64,000 bases of DNA from Eledone cirrhosa (Eukaryota), in assembly GCA_964016885.1 (NCBI GenBank), contig OZ024743.1, positions 50,654,001-50,718,000 on the forward strand, written 5' to 3'. Shown in pieces: positions 44,440 to 59,915 of this stretch. A program made the translations under genes and the position numbers. The notes beneath the pieces were generated by a model, which made no database searches, was not told where the DNA came from, and worked only from the letters and a program-made list of their open reading frames with translations. Position 1 is the stretch's first letter, and every line of letters starts with the position of its first letter.

Positions 44440-47400
44440 TATGGAGGGTAGTACTAAGTACTAGCCGGTTACCGGTATGACAAAAGGCTCAATGCAAATG
44501 TTCAAGTGTTTTACAGACCCGAGATATAAAGTGTTAAAACGATCAAATTTTAGTTTAGAACATTTATTTGCTGACAATTGTTTCTTCCAGAGGGAAGTCT
44601 GGAATCATCATAGGGAATGTCGAAACATGTGACTAAAATCCTAATCATTCAGAACATTTAGGGTACATAATTGTTGTTAGTGTCATAGACATCATGTGGA
44701 GAGTCAGGAGTTAACAATATGTTATGCTTGAGAGAACACAATTACAGGCAGCACTGGTTGAAAGTGTAAGAGGTATAAGCAAAAAGTACAGGCAAAAAAG
44801 TTATAAGCAAGGAAGAGTGTGGGATTGGATAGACATAAGATATAAGATATCTTAACATTGGAGAACAGTTAATGTTATGGGTGTACAATGCAGGAGTCAA
44901 TATAGTCAATAAGGCATGTATGAGGAAAGAGTTATAATGCAGTTGAAATAAACATATTTTGTGTGGGGTGTTAAAGCATGTTATAAGTGTTAGAAATGTT
45001 TAAGATAGCGTGCAATTTGTTAGAGAGACACGTGGTGATAATGTAGGTATATGTTATGTGAGGTGTAATGCAAAGCACGTGATAGAGTTGGATAGGTGAT
45101 TTTCATTCAAGTATTTTTGTGTTGTAGTTCGTATGCATGTGTATATCACAGCTATTAACCATGGGATTATTTTGAGTCGTTTATAGTCAATAGCTCTTTG
45201 TTTGTTAAATGTAAATTCCACCGAATTACAGGCCATGTTGTAGTAGGTATATTATATTATGCATTTTTATCTACAAATTATCTTTTCTAGGGTTTGTATT
45301 AACCGTTATTAAGTTGTTGGTAAACCGTTAGGTTGCTTAATTTTATGAATTTACACGGGAAGTTGTAAAGGGGGTTAATAACAAAGGGACGTAATTAAGG
45401 TTGTTGATAAATTGAGGGTTGTTTTATTGTTGTAGTAGTGTTCTAAATTAATCTTTATAGAGTATATAAAATATTATTATTGGTTATTAATTATATAATT
45501 GTTATCTTTTAAACTTGAACATTTTTTCAATTATTTTATTATAACTAGATAGTTTTTACATAGTTAGTATATATATATATATATAATATAAGGTATATAT
45601 ATGTGTGTGAGAATGTGTATATATATATATATATATATAGGAACGAGTAGGACCGACGGCTGATCTCAAGCCGTTTCGGCGGCTAATTCTGGCCAGAATT
45701 AGCCGTTGAAACGGCTTGAGCTCAGCCGTCTGGGTCCTACTCGTTCCTGTTACCCACTCTACTACCCTAAGTATTGAGTACTTTGGTGCGTTATGGTCCA
45801 TCTGGTTCCTTACCACATTTCCTTCGTTATATATATATATATATATATATATACAGATTGTGCAGAGAGAGTTGAAGTTTTTTTATGACAGGATAAGGAG
45901 TTGCATAATGTCTACTGGAGTAATTGGTGTTATATACACAGTTGTCTGCTATTTAGTTGGTGTTGTATATTGAGAGTTTATTAGAATGTCTATATTATTT
46001 AATTATTTTAATTTTATAAGGTAAGAGATCAAACAAGGGGTTTATTGACAGTATATAGGTTAGTGTGATCTTTTAATTAAGGTGTAGTCCTATATTTATG
46101 AAGATCTAATTGGATAAATTAAAAGGTGGTGGTTTAGTGTTATCTCCGACATTGGTTTTTATTTTTATTATTATTATTATTAGGAAGTTAACATTTTTGG
46201 TGTTTTTATCTATAGTGATACCTAAGTTGTAGTTTTTAAATATTTTATGTAATTGTTTTCTACTTCTTTCTATATTGAATTTTTTTAAGTCTAAGAGGAA
46301 AAGTGCGTCGTCTCGATAGAGACCACCGTTAAGGTAAGGTAGGTTCTTATGTATTTCGTTTAAGAGAAATAGACCAACTAAGTCGGTTACCTGTGCCGAG
46401 TCGCTAGATCCCATGGTGATATCGAAGTTGTTGGGTGTATTCTTGCGGGTCCATAGTTGGTCTTCAAATTTAATTATTGTTTTCCTGGCCGCAAGGATTA
46501 TATCTACCTGGGATCTAGTGAGTTCACTGTTGTTTATGGCCATTATTAATGCTTTATTTAAAAGGATAGGTGAAATAGAGGTGTAGTAGGAGTTTATATC
46601 GAATTGGATGAATTTCTTATTATTATTTTCATTAATACCATTAAACCATTCGATTACTTCGCTAGTGTTTCCTCAGAGATTAAAATGGATTTTTTGTTTA
46701 ATTTGGGGGATTACTTTATCTAAACAATTTTTTTTTTACTAATAATACCAATGTCGGATCTGGATGGGCAAATAAGTCTAATTGAGGGGTTGGTATTGAA
46801 ATCATCCTTATGGTCTTTCAAAGAGAATCGTGGGGCATTAGGGGTGTAAGCTTGAGTATATCTCTCTAGTCCTAATTTACATATTAAACTACGGGCTTCA
46901 ATATTTATGTCATCCAGGTTTTTATGAGATGTTTTTTGTAGTTCCTATTAAGTTCTTTATATATAAATTCTCTATATGTATCATAATCAAGGCTATATAT
47001 GTTTTTAGTTTTATCAGCTAGTACTAAGATATTCCTATTTTTATTAAAGTTTTTTTATGGTGGAATTTAGGTTATTTGGGAAGATCTTCTTATTGTAGTA
47101 TTTCCTGTGCTTAATCTCTTTAACAAGTGACACAAGATCGTTTTCAAATGAGTCCAGTAAGATATTGTGTGGAGGGCTTTTATATGTTTTGAAGCCGTAT
47201 GTTTCAAACGAAGGTGCATCTTGTTCTTTAACAGCGCGGTTCCTAGCATAGTGGAAAGCCCTCCATCTAACTCTTTTAATAAAAGAGTTGACACTATTAA
47301 TCAGTAGTTTTTCATATGTATCCTTAGATGGGATAGGTATGTTCTTTAGGGACAAAGGAAGATAATCTTTGATCAACATACCGGTAATTTTATATATGTC

Positions 47401-47486
47401 AGCTCTATGATCCCAGACTTCCCTCTGGAAGAAACAATTGTCAGCAAATAAATATTCTAAACTAAAATTTGATCGTTTTAACACTT

Positions 47487-47490
<4 letters not shown>
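44440..47490 (-). mobile_element. Decayed, near full-length Penelope-like element with inverted HHR-bearing pLTR segments
   Basis: SLKNIPIPSK..FIKRVRWRAF..YGFK; RT FDITMGSSDSAQVTDLVGL and GLYRDD; inverted repeats 44528-44608 / 47407-47487 containing an HHR. Confidence 0.85.
45639..45830. mobile_element. Short fold-back element nested in the PLE, flanked by (TA)n
   Basis: Palindrome 45639-45748; GAAA-CGGC-loop-GCCG-TC half-HHR; related to 52761-52987. Confidence 0.65.
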
Positions 47491-47536
<46 letters not shown>

Positions 47537-47689
47537 TAAATAGATTTTGAGTTTATGTTGGTTGTATACCAACACCTCAGTATGCAGGCTGGAGCACTCG
47601 ACGAAGTGCGCAGGTTGGTTTGGTTACTCCGGAGTAGTGTAAAATAAAGTTAAATAAAAGTCAAATGATTAAAATTTAGCTTCGTTTAT

Positions 47690-47746
47690 TACTGCTATAT
47701 ATATTTCAGTGACAGCCATCTTTGGCTGTGATCTCTTCAGGAAGTT
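47690..47746 (-). ncRNA. Type I HHR motif
   Basis: Minus CTGAAGA-..ACAGCCA/TGGCTGT..-GAAA-TATATA-TA. Confidence 0.6.
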
Positions 47747-47789
47747 TGAATTAGTATGGTATAGACAAGTACATATGTTGTTGAGGTGT

Positions 47790-48557
47790 ATAATATTGAC
47801 AAAACTAGAAACATAGTATATAGCATAAGATGTACTGAGGGATAATGTAAAGATAACAATATAGTGTACATAGGTGAGACAGCTCGTAGTATAGGAGAAC
47901 GATTAAATGAACACCGGCGAGAGCTTCAAGATAGAAAAGGCTCATCAGTACTCCACCAACATGCTAAAATAGAACATAAGGGCAAATTAGAGAACATAGA
48001 AATAAAAATAAAATCTACACACAGAAAAGACGCAATGTTTAGACAAATCATAGAGGCAATAAACATAAATGAACTCCAACCAAATTAAATAGAAAACATG
48101 AATGGGATAGCAACATCACAACTTGCAATTAAGGACAAAATGAAAACACACACACATAGAACAAACAACCAACATGTAAATAAACAAATAAATAAACAAA
48201 TAAAAACACACACAGACACCCGGATGTAACACATGCGCAAACTAAGCACACAACACACACAAAAACAAGATGGCGTAGGACAGAGCAAAGGAGAGGCAAA
48301 AAACAAACGATGAGGTCACAGAATGTGTGACTAAAGAACTTTGACAATATATGAACAACCGTCCGGTGGTGGAACCAACCAACCAACCGGAAATTTATAA
48401 ATTTCTTAAATTTATAATTTAATTCATAATAAATTGGAGTGAAAGCAACTGGTGCGTGTGTCTCTTATTGGCAATATGACCCTCCCAAAGTATAACAATA
48501 TCGTTTTCAACACACGTTTTCAGATAAAGAATCTTGCTAAACAAATTCAGAAACGAA
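47790..48557 (+). mobile_element. 5'-truncated PLE: GIY-YIG endonuclease remnant plus 3' tail
   Basis: NIVYSIRC..YIGETARSIGERLNEH..SSVLHQHA..RQIIEAININELQP; degenerate HHR at ~48305-48345. Confidence 0.85.
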
Positions 48558-48570
48558 ATATATATATATA

Positions 48571-50340
48571 TAGTTATAGGAATAACCAAAGAGTGCTTAG
48601 AAATACATTGTTTTATTAGCTAACAGTGGTTCATCCATACACCATGGCAGGAATCATAAGAGCCTATAAACATGAGTATATCAGTAGTTGCATGCTCCAT
48701 CGAGCTGTGTCACCAGAACAAGGTTAAAGGACCAGCAGGGGGGACCCGAGGCCAGCGCTATATGGAAAAAGATAGAATCCATGATGCACATAATGTCATA
48801 AAATGTCTTCAAAATTTAAAAATTAAAAATTACACCAAAAATGTATCACTTAGATGTGTTACTAGCGAGAGACTATTCTTTGAAAGTTGGAGTTGGTTGA
48901 ATATGAATTGTGATCCAGATTTGATGAATTATAGAACCACACTCAAGGCAAAGTGCAGCACTGGATATTGAACTCCCGCCGACCCTAGAGGGGTCACACC
49001 CGACTGTGAATGGATTGCAACCTCCGGAGTCAATAATCTAAACGAAAACCACGTAGCGGAAATATAAATAACATAGCTGTCATTAACAGGTTTGGTTGTG
49101 AGTTCTCCCTTCTATATATATCTATATATTCTACAGAAATTTGCACTCACTATAATAAACCCGCCTATTATTATAACAATATATGCTCATTCTGCCATAT
49201 GTGATTCTGGAAGCGGAGTTTCCTATATACACTTTTTCTCTATATGTAACGGGATAGCCATCACGATTTGTATTTACTCTGGTACAGTTGTATGCGGTGC
49301 GATAGATTGGTTGAACGCCAACTTAGACATACAGTGAATTTCACTTTGCACGTTGGATTGAGCGACCGAACGTGAGGATTTTGGGGGATGCCAGTTTCTG
49401 CGGACCTGGCGTGTTTTCAATTTCCTCACATTTGTGCCGGCTGTATATGTACCATACATTTCTTTAACTCGTCGTACTTTCTTTTATTTTTTATTTTAGA
49501 TTTTAGGTGTATATCCCAGACCGCCTATGGTGATAAATCCCCTGGGTATAGGTTTTGGAAAAATAGTGTTATCTCACTTAACTTTCGGAACTGGAACATA
49601 TCGATGTGGTCGTATGGTGTGGAGAATCGTAGGAGAATCGACCTGTTACAAGGCGATATAATTGGAGTACACCAACCCTCATATGGACTATCATACATGT
49701 AAGGCTGCACCACAGCTAACCAACTATTCTTTTCACAGACTCATGCTTGCAAACTCTCTTGATCTGCCTGTACACCCTCTTTTTGCACTGCTTGTGCTTC
49801 GACGCATCTATGCTTTGCTTTGTCTTACATTATGGGGGTGTTTCCGGGCTTTTTGTTCCTTTATTGTTTTGTATTTCTATATTTATCTCTTTTCTTATCC
49901 CTGTATTTTTGTACTTTTTTATTATTTTTTTATATTTTCTTATTGTTTCTGATCATGCTGAGTAATACCCTCACTCATCCCTTGCTACCCTCTCCCAACC
50001 TCTTTATCATCTATTGCACCAACTAAGTGATAAAATGTTGGTGTATTTTTTTAATTTTTTTAATTTTTAAGACATTTTATGACATTATGTGCATCATGGA
50101 TTCTGTCTTTTTCCATATAGCGCTGGCCTCGGGACCCCCCTGCTGGTCCTTTAACCTTGTTCTGGTGACGCAGCTCGATGGAGCATGCAACTACTGATAT
50201 ACTCATGTTTATGGGCTCTGATTATTCCTGCCATGGTGTATGGATGAAACACTGTTAGCTAATAAAACAATGTATTTCTAAGCAATCTTTGGTTATTCCT
50301 ATAACTATAACGGCTCTGTAGTATACTAGCTATCCTACAT
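48571..50340. mobile_element. Element with ~270-bp inverted repeats (PLE-type inversion) and degenerate HHR
   Basis: 48571-48838 is the reverse complement of 50038-50307; cores CTTATGA and CTGATTA give consensus CTGATGA. Confidence 0.7.
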
Positions 50341-50429
50341 TGAGCTAAAACGACACTGTCATACCAAGGGCAATATATCTGCATGTCTGGGCATATTGAT
50401 ATATTTGTCAACGAAATATATATATATAT

Positions 50430-52153
<1,724 letters not shown>

Positions 52154-52399
52154 ATACTTGGGGAGGATCATATTGTTGTAATAATATTGCCAGAAATAAT
52201 AACAGAACACACTCACTGTTTGGTTGGTTTTCACTTCTGTATCTTTTATATCTCCATTATTAATTTATTTGGCAATCAATGTTTATCAACGGTTAAAAAT
52301 ACAGATATAAATATATATATATAGTCTAACAATAGTTGTTTTGACACACGATTTCATATCAAAAACCTTGCAAAAAAAAAAATATATATATATATATAT

Positions 52400-52740
52400 A
52401 ACTGATATAAAGCACTCAACAGATTAGTGGAGTAAATATACAATATATTAATAAATAGAAACTATATTTATCAAACCATATTTATTTTATTATACATATT
52501 TCAAGGGCAACCAAGGCAAATTATGGTGCGCTTTCATCAGATAAAATACAGATTTGTTTTATAAATAAATATTCAGGAAGTTCCAACCGTTAAGGTTGTC
52601 TTTTTTTCCGGGTATGTCAATATTTATTTATAAAACAAATCTGTATTTTATCTGATGAAAGCGCACCATAATTTGCCTTGGTTGCCCTTGAAATATGTAT
52701 AATAAAATAAATATGGTTTTATAAATATAGTTTCCATCTA
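52400..52740. mobile_element. Fold-back HHR element (family F1, opposite orientation)
   Basis: TATTTTAT-CTGATGA (52652)-AAGCGCACCA/TGGTTGCCCTT-GAAA (52690)-TATGTA-TA-ATAAAATA; mirror copy on the left arm. Confidence 0.8.
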
Positions 52741-52987
52741 TATATATATATATATATATGTGAAGGATTCGGGATCCCGACGGCTGAGCTCCTGCCGTTT
52801 CAACAGCTAGATCCGAGTTCGGATCTAGCTCAGAATGGATGCAGTAAAAATCAAGTTAGACCATTGCTCACCAGTGTACTCGGATCTAGCTGTTGGAACA
52901 GCAGGAGCTCAGCCGTCGCGGTCTCGAATCCTTCATATTACCGACTCTACTAGCTCAATTATCGAGTACTCTGGTGAGTAATGGTCT

Positions 52988-55838
52988 TGTAGTGACCTAC
53001 AATCCGCGGGCTCACATACATTCTCTGTGCGTGATTTGGCTCAGCTCAGCCAATCAGCGCCAGGAGAAGAGGATGTATCCCTACGCGTCCTGAGGGAGAA
53101 ATAGCCCGCGAAGATTTAAGGAATCTCACTCTTGCAGCTTGACCATGCTAAGGTAAACACCACTTGTTCTTTTGCTCCGTAAACACAAACAATATGTAAC
53201 GACAAAACTTTACTACGGACCTGGCTAAACGCCTCAGCCAGTCGACCGTATTTTCTCTTGTAATCTTAATTGAATTATTTCATTATTCTTGGCATGCCAA
53301 CTTAATTCACTTCTTAACCTTTGTTAATAAATAATGTAAAAACAAACTAAAGTCGTTGTCGATATTCCTATCATATCTTTCTACCAAAGATGGTTCCTCG
53401 TGGCAACATTACCACTCTCTAAATATAACTTTCTGCTAAATTGGTGACCTTCGACGATTACGTATGAAAACGCAGCCTATTTGAATTCGCCATTCGTTTT
53501 AATGGCAATGTGGAGTGGCTTGACATTTGGAATGTTCGAATCGGGTAGCTAGACTCACTTAGCGTAAGTCCATAAAATTCATAATATTCCATTTGTTGAA
53601 GCACGCGGCCTGCACAATATTTCTGTCATAACTTTCATGGTAACACTAGTAACTCACGCATACAGACGAACACAAAAATACAACACGAAAGAAAGAGTTT
53701 TTTCGACGACTAACAAAAAATTTCTCTTTTGGATTGAAAATTATGCGATGTCTTCTATCCGGTTGAGGTGGTTTGGTATATTTCAATTAGTTGATAAAAT
53801 GAGTACGGTGACCACCGACTAAGAACAACTTGCCTTGCAAGCATAGTTTGATAGAAACAAAAAAAGAAAAAAAAAGGGATTTCTCTGGATATAGAATTTT
53901 GCTTTCAAACTTCTGTTAAATTTACAAATTGGAGACTCAAAAATTTTGTTTTCCCGCGTACAGCTTGTCTTCTGCAATCCCAGCAATCTGATTGGCTGCA
54001 TCGTGCCACATGACGGCTTCTTCATCGCGGACACATTTTTCGATCGGCCATCTTGGGATTTTCTTGCCGAATAATTTTCATGGAAAATAATTTTTTTTAT
54101 TATTCAAATTTTCTTTAGAATATTTTTAGAAAAAAACTTTACGCCACGAGGAAATTTCAAAACGGCTACCACCAAGTACCAGCCATCAGCAGCAACACAT
54201 GGCTAACTATTAACCAACACCAGGGAACGGCTTGTAACTTTACCGACGCAACCACCATACCTTCTGTCTCGTTACCACAAGGACTCGAGAAATTAAGATA
54301 TTAGTTTTCTCACCATTATGGCGTCAGACGTGGCTGCCATATTGGTGACTCTAGGTTATTCAACGCTAGACTTCGACTCTACAGAAGATTCATTGTGACT
54401 TTGCTTTAACTACAACAACAACTCTACTAGCTCCCTAGTAAGAGCGTTCCCAAAGAAAAAAGAAGCGAACTTTTTGTTAAAGGAAAAGAAACAATTCTTT
54501 CTTCCTTTTTTTTTCAGGCATTTATTTTGGACATTTATTTTTTTTTAAACTGTATCATATGAAAATTTGTTTCTCTCTATCATTGTATATGTGACCGCAC
54601 GCACACATTTTCTTTGCTGTATTACATGCCTGCATATATACACACACCAACATGTTGTTGTCTATGGTATGTGATATTTAAGCGTCGTAATATTCTGCGA
54701 GATCCCTTTTCACCTTCTGGAGGTACCAAAACATGCTATCGACACTTGCAGCTTAATTCACCTGCACCGCAACACGAGAATGCTAATTGCAGCTGAACTC
54801 AAACAGTTTCGCATCTCGTTGCACATTCATCGTCCATAACAACCTCTATCTTGTTATCTTACCCAACTCACCGGGAAAACAACAAATAGAACTGAACTTG
54901 TCAGCATTTCCACCACTTCTGTGGATTCGCCCGAATTGTGGGACTGCAACCCACCTACAGATTCAGCTTGCTTTTTTTCTTATCAAAGCAACCAGCCATT
55001 TTTTCCTAGCTCCCTAGCACATTCGGCAATACATCTGGGAGGCCAACATTTTCTCGCCTACCCATCATCTTCTTGCCAGCACTGGTAAACTACCATAATA
55101 ACTTCGTCCACAGCTACTGGTACAACACTTACCATTAACATTTAATGCAAGACCAGCAACTTCGCCCATGTCAGACTTTATCCGTTTTCTGTTAGACCTT
55201 TGGTGGTCACGTATAAACTACAAAACGGCTAGTCATTTGACAGCGGCTCAACACGGCCCGTAGCGCCTCATTTTTTTTATTACATGCTTCCTTCTGCTCA
55301 ATTATTTTTTCACTGATGTGCTCTTTAAGCATTTGTTCTTGCTGATTCAATAATCTGTATCGACTTCCGTCTAGAAGGGGGGTATTGTAGTGACCTACAA
55401 TCCGCGGGCTCACATACATTCTCTGTGCGTGATTTGGCTCAGCTCAGCCAATCAGCGCCAGGAGAAGAGGATGTATCCCTACGCGTCCTGAGGGAGAAAT
55501 AGCCCGCGAAGATTTAAGGAATCTCACTCTTGCAGCTTGACCATGCTAAGGTAAACACCACTTGTTCTTTTGCTCCGTAAGCACAAACAATATGTAACGA
55601 CAAAACTTTACTACGGACCTGGCTAAACGCCTCAGCCAGTCGACCGTATTTTCTCTTGTAATCTTAATTGAATTATTTCATTATTCTTGGCATGCCAACT
55701 TAATTCACTTCTTAACCTTTGTTAATAAATAATGTAAAAACAAGCTAAAGTCGTTGTCGATATTCCTATCATATCTTTCTAACAAAGATGGTTCCTCGTG
55801 GCAACATTACCACTCTCTAAATATAACTTTCTGCTAAA
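52988..55838 (+). mobile_element. Young non-autonomous LTR retrotransposon
   Basis: 453-bp LTRs at 52988-53440 and 55386-55838 (about 3 differences seen), TSD GTCT, PBS-like TGGTGACCTTCGACG, PPT AGAAGGGGGG, no gag/pol ORF. Confidence 0.93.
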
Positions 55839-56142
55839 GTCTAATTGGTTTTTACTGCATCCATTCTGATTTATATATAAATATATATATGTGATCGGGG
55901 TTGTATATTGAATCATACCGCTCGGTGTGTGTGTGTCTGTGTGTGTGCGTGTGTGTCTGTGTGTCTGTGTGTCTCTGTGTGTGTGTGTACGTTTGACTAC
56001 GACCTACATTTTCCTGAACGTCATTGTAGAAGATTTGAGCAAAATATGACGTGGATTATCAAATGGAAAACTTTCTTCTTTCAAAATCATATTTGGGATA
56101 TATCCGGATATATATTCCGAATGTGTTGGAGCGAAAGACATT

Positions 56143-57450
56143 TCTCACATAACATTTACACTACTCTATATATACTATTGTATTTTCACAGTTAAGGCTT
56201 TACCTCACATAATATCTCACATAACATTTACATTACTCAATATATACTATTGTATTTTCACAGTAAAGGCTTTACCTCACATAATACCTCACATAACATT
56301 TACATTACTCTATATATACTATTGTATTTTCACAGTAAAGGTTTTACCTCACATAATATCTCACATAACATTTACATTACTCAATATATACTATTGTATT
56401 TTCACAGTAAAGGCTTTACCTCACATAATACCTCACATAACATTTACATTACTCTATATATACTATTGTATTTTCACAGTTAAGGCTTTACCTCACATAA
56501 TATCTCACATAACATTTACATTACTCTGTATATACTATTGTATTTTCACAATAAAGACTTTACCTCACATAATATTTCACATAACATTTACATTACTCTA
56601 TATATACTATTGTATTTCCATGGTAAAGGCTTTACCTGACATAATATCTCACATAACATTTACATTACTCTATATATACTATTGTATTTTCACAGTAAAG
56701 GCTTTACCTCACATAATATCTTACATAACATTTACACTATTCTATATATACTATTGTATTTTCACAGTTAAGGCTTTACCTCACATAATATCTCACATAA
56801 CATTTACATTACTCAATATATACTATTGTATTTTCACAGTAAAGGCTTTACCTCACATAATACCTCACATAACATTTACATTACTCTATATATACTATTG
56901 TATTTTCACAGTTAAGGCTTTACCTCACATAATATCTCACATAACATTTACATTACTCTATATATACTATTGTATTTTCATGGTAAAGGATTTACCTCAC
57001 ATAATATCTCACATAACATTTATATTACTCTATATATACTATTGTATTTTCACAATAAAGACTTTACCTCACATAATATTTCACATAACATTTACATTAC
57101 TCTATATATACTATTGTATTTCCATGGTAAAGGCTTTACCTGACATAATATCTCACATAACATTTACATTACTCTATATATACTATTGTATTTTCACAGT
57201 AAAGGCTTTACCTCACATAATATCTCATTTAACATTTACATTACTCTATATATACTATTGTATTTTCACAATAAATACTTTACCTCACATAATACCTCAC
57301 ATAACATTTACATTACTCTATATATACTGTTGTATTTTCACAGTAAAGGCTTTAACTCACATAATATCTCACATAACATTTACATTACTTTGTATTTACT
57401 ATTGTATTTTCACGGTAAAGGCTTTACATCACATAATATCTCACATAATA
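56143..57450. repeat. 72-bp minisatellite (~18 copies)
   Basis: Unit CTCACATAACATTTACATTACTCTATATATACTATTGTATTTTCACAGTAAAGGCTTTACCTCACATAATAT. Confidence 0.95.
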
Positions 57451-57584
57451 TCGATGTTATTTATTTTGAGAGCCCTATCTTAAAGATGAGTATGAACGGC
57501 CGGTTAGAGCCGGTTTGAACAGAAAGGGATGAGAGAATTTAACGGGGAAATTACTTCATGGGAAAAATCAACTATATAGATTAT

Positions 57585-57776
57585 AATTGTTTCTACTTTT
57601 GGCATAAGGCCAGCAATTATCCCAGCGTATTATTGGTACTTTATTTTATCGACCCCGCAAGGTTGAAAGGCAAAGTTAACCTTGGCGGGATTTGAACTCA
57701 GAATGGCAAGGGCCCTAACTCTATGCGCCAAAGAATGGCGTCCGACCCTCTACCGATACTACCAATCCACCACCAT
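57585..57776 (-). mobile_element. SINE family A
   Basis: Full-length match to the consensus. Confidence 0.85.
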
Positions 57777-57885
57777 AAATGGGGTCGATAAAATAATGTA
57801 TTAATGAAGTGCTAAGGTAGATTTAATTGACTCCCACCACCCCCTAATAAAGTTGCCGGTCATGTACCTAAATTAGAAAACATTA

Positions 57886-59258
57886 CACCGTGTAACATAT
57901 TTTTTGTTCCACGGTTCTAAGTGTTATTTCATGGTTTGTTATATCCTATTATTATTAAAAAAAAACACTATTATTTAATCAGAAATTTGGGTTTGTAGTC
58001 AGGAGTTTGATATTTCTAAATTTTCATATTTTTCAAGAAAAACTCATTTTTTTTTAATTTATCAGTTCATATAATTAAATCAACAGAGTTGTATATTTAT
58101 TTTATTACACAAGCTTATCAAAAGCAAACAAGTAAAAACAAATAACACTTATAAAGCAACTTATACACGTCAGAAATGACTGGATTTCCTGGATTTGTAG
58201 TCCAGGTCGCATTCCAGCACTAGCCCCCAGATATAGTGCCCCATCATTTTTTCATTGTAGTGGCCCTGGTACCTCCGCTCTATCTCTTTCATATCTTGGT
58301 GGAATCGTTCGCCTTGTTTTTCTGAGTAGGCGCCCATATTGTCCTTGAATTTTTCCAGGTGAGCGTCCAGCATATGGAGTTTAAGCGACATCCTGCATCC
58401 CATGGCGCCAAAAGCCTTTATCAGATCCTGCACCAGTTGCTGGTAGTTTTCAGCTCTGTAGTTGCCCAGGAAGCCCTTAACAACTGCCTTGAAACAGTTA
58501 CATGCTGTTCTCTCAATCCTATTGAGCTTATTGGAGAACTTGGTAGACTCAAACACCTTCTTCATCTGAGGTCCAACAAAAATTCCACCTTTGATTTTGG
58601 CCTCAGATAACTTGGGGAAGAACATAAGAAGGTACTTAAAAGCGGCTGATTCTTGGTTAAGAGCCTTCACAAACTGCTTCATCAATACAAACTTAATGTG
58701 CAGTGGCGGCATGAGCACAATCCTGGGATCAACCAGTGGCTCCCACATGACGTTCCGGGTCCCAACTACAAATTCTGTTCGCTGCTCCCAGTTCTTTCTT
58801 TTGTAGTGGTCAGAGGTGTCTCTGCTGTCCCAAAGGCAGAGGAAGCATTAGAATTTGATAAAGCCTCCTTGGAGTCCAAGCAGCAAAGCCACCATCTTGA
58901 AGTCTCCAATGATTTCCCAATTGTACTTGTTGTATTGCAGAGCTTCCAAGAGGACTTTCACACTGTAGTAATCTTCTTCAGGCAGACTGAATGAGCTAGA
59001 GGCAGTGTCAGGAACTTGTTTCCATTGTGGAAGAGGACAGCCTTCAAACTTGTGGTGGAGCTGTCTATAAATAGCCGCCACTCCTTGGGCACAAACGGCA
59101 CCCCAATAACTTCAAACAGTCCAGGCACGTCATGGTAGAAGCAGAGGCCATCCCTAAGAGTGTAAAAGCCTGAGAAAGGTTCGTGTCGACTGCTCTGACT
59201 TGTCGCCTGCACTTCCTCCTTGACCAAGTTCCACTACTTCATCCTGGAGACGAATGCT
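57886..59258 (-). mobile_element. Chapaev3-like (CMC) DNA transposon, 3' half, frameshifted transposase
   Basis: WRLFIDSS..SLKAVLFHNGN, GDFKMVALLLGLQ, PPLHIK..MKQFVKAL, SLKLH.L..H, QGERFHQD..ERRYQG; terminus CACCGTGTAACA; family assignment from recall. Confidence 0.75.
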
Positions 59259-59619
59259 TAAAACACAACTTACCCTTTATTCAGGGTGCGAAAATCCAGT
59301 ATCAATAAATCTCTTTAATCCACTTTTTAACAATTTTATACTTTATTGCACTTTTATAATTTTCTTTAGGTATAACTCTTTATTTTATAATTTTAATTTA
59401 ACCTGAAACATATATAAAAAAAGTCATTTAACATAAGCAAATTAAACTTACATACAACGTAAAATGCAGCATACAAATAATTCTAGTGAATAGCTTAGAA
59501 TTTTTACAAACCCAAACTTTTAACTGTTTAATAGCACTTTTTTATTTATTTGGGACCTAAGCAACACAAAAAAAGTGATTACAAGCCAGGAACAGAGAAC
59601 ATTTTTTTTTTGTTAGACG

Positions 59620-59915
59620 GTGTTATCGGTAGAGGGTCGGACACCATGCGTTGCAGCTCAGTTATGTCCCTTTACGGACTGAGTTCAAATCCCGCCGAGG
59701 TTAACTTTGCCTTTCATCCTTACGGGGTCGATAAAATAAAGTACCAGTAATGCACTGGGATAATTGCTGGCCTTGTGCCAAAAGTCGAAACAATTATTAG
59801 CAATATATATGTGTAGCATAGAGTTACGCCCCTTTATGATCTGAGTTCAAATCCCGTCGAGGTTAACTTTGCACTGGGTAATTGCTGGCCTGGTGCCAAA
59901 AGTAGTAACAATTAT
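59620..59915 (+). mobile_element. Two tandem SINE family A copies (second internally deleted)
   Basis: B-box GAGTTCAAATCCC twice, conserved tails. Confidence 0.85.

Noticed and set aside
56143-57483. 287-aa repeat protein or CRISPR-like array
   Set aside because: 72-bp tandem units with no unique spacers; no cas genes; eukaryotic context
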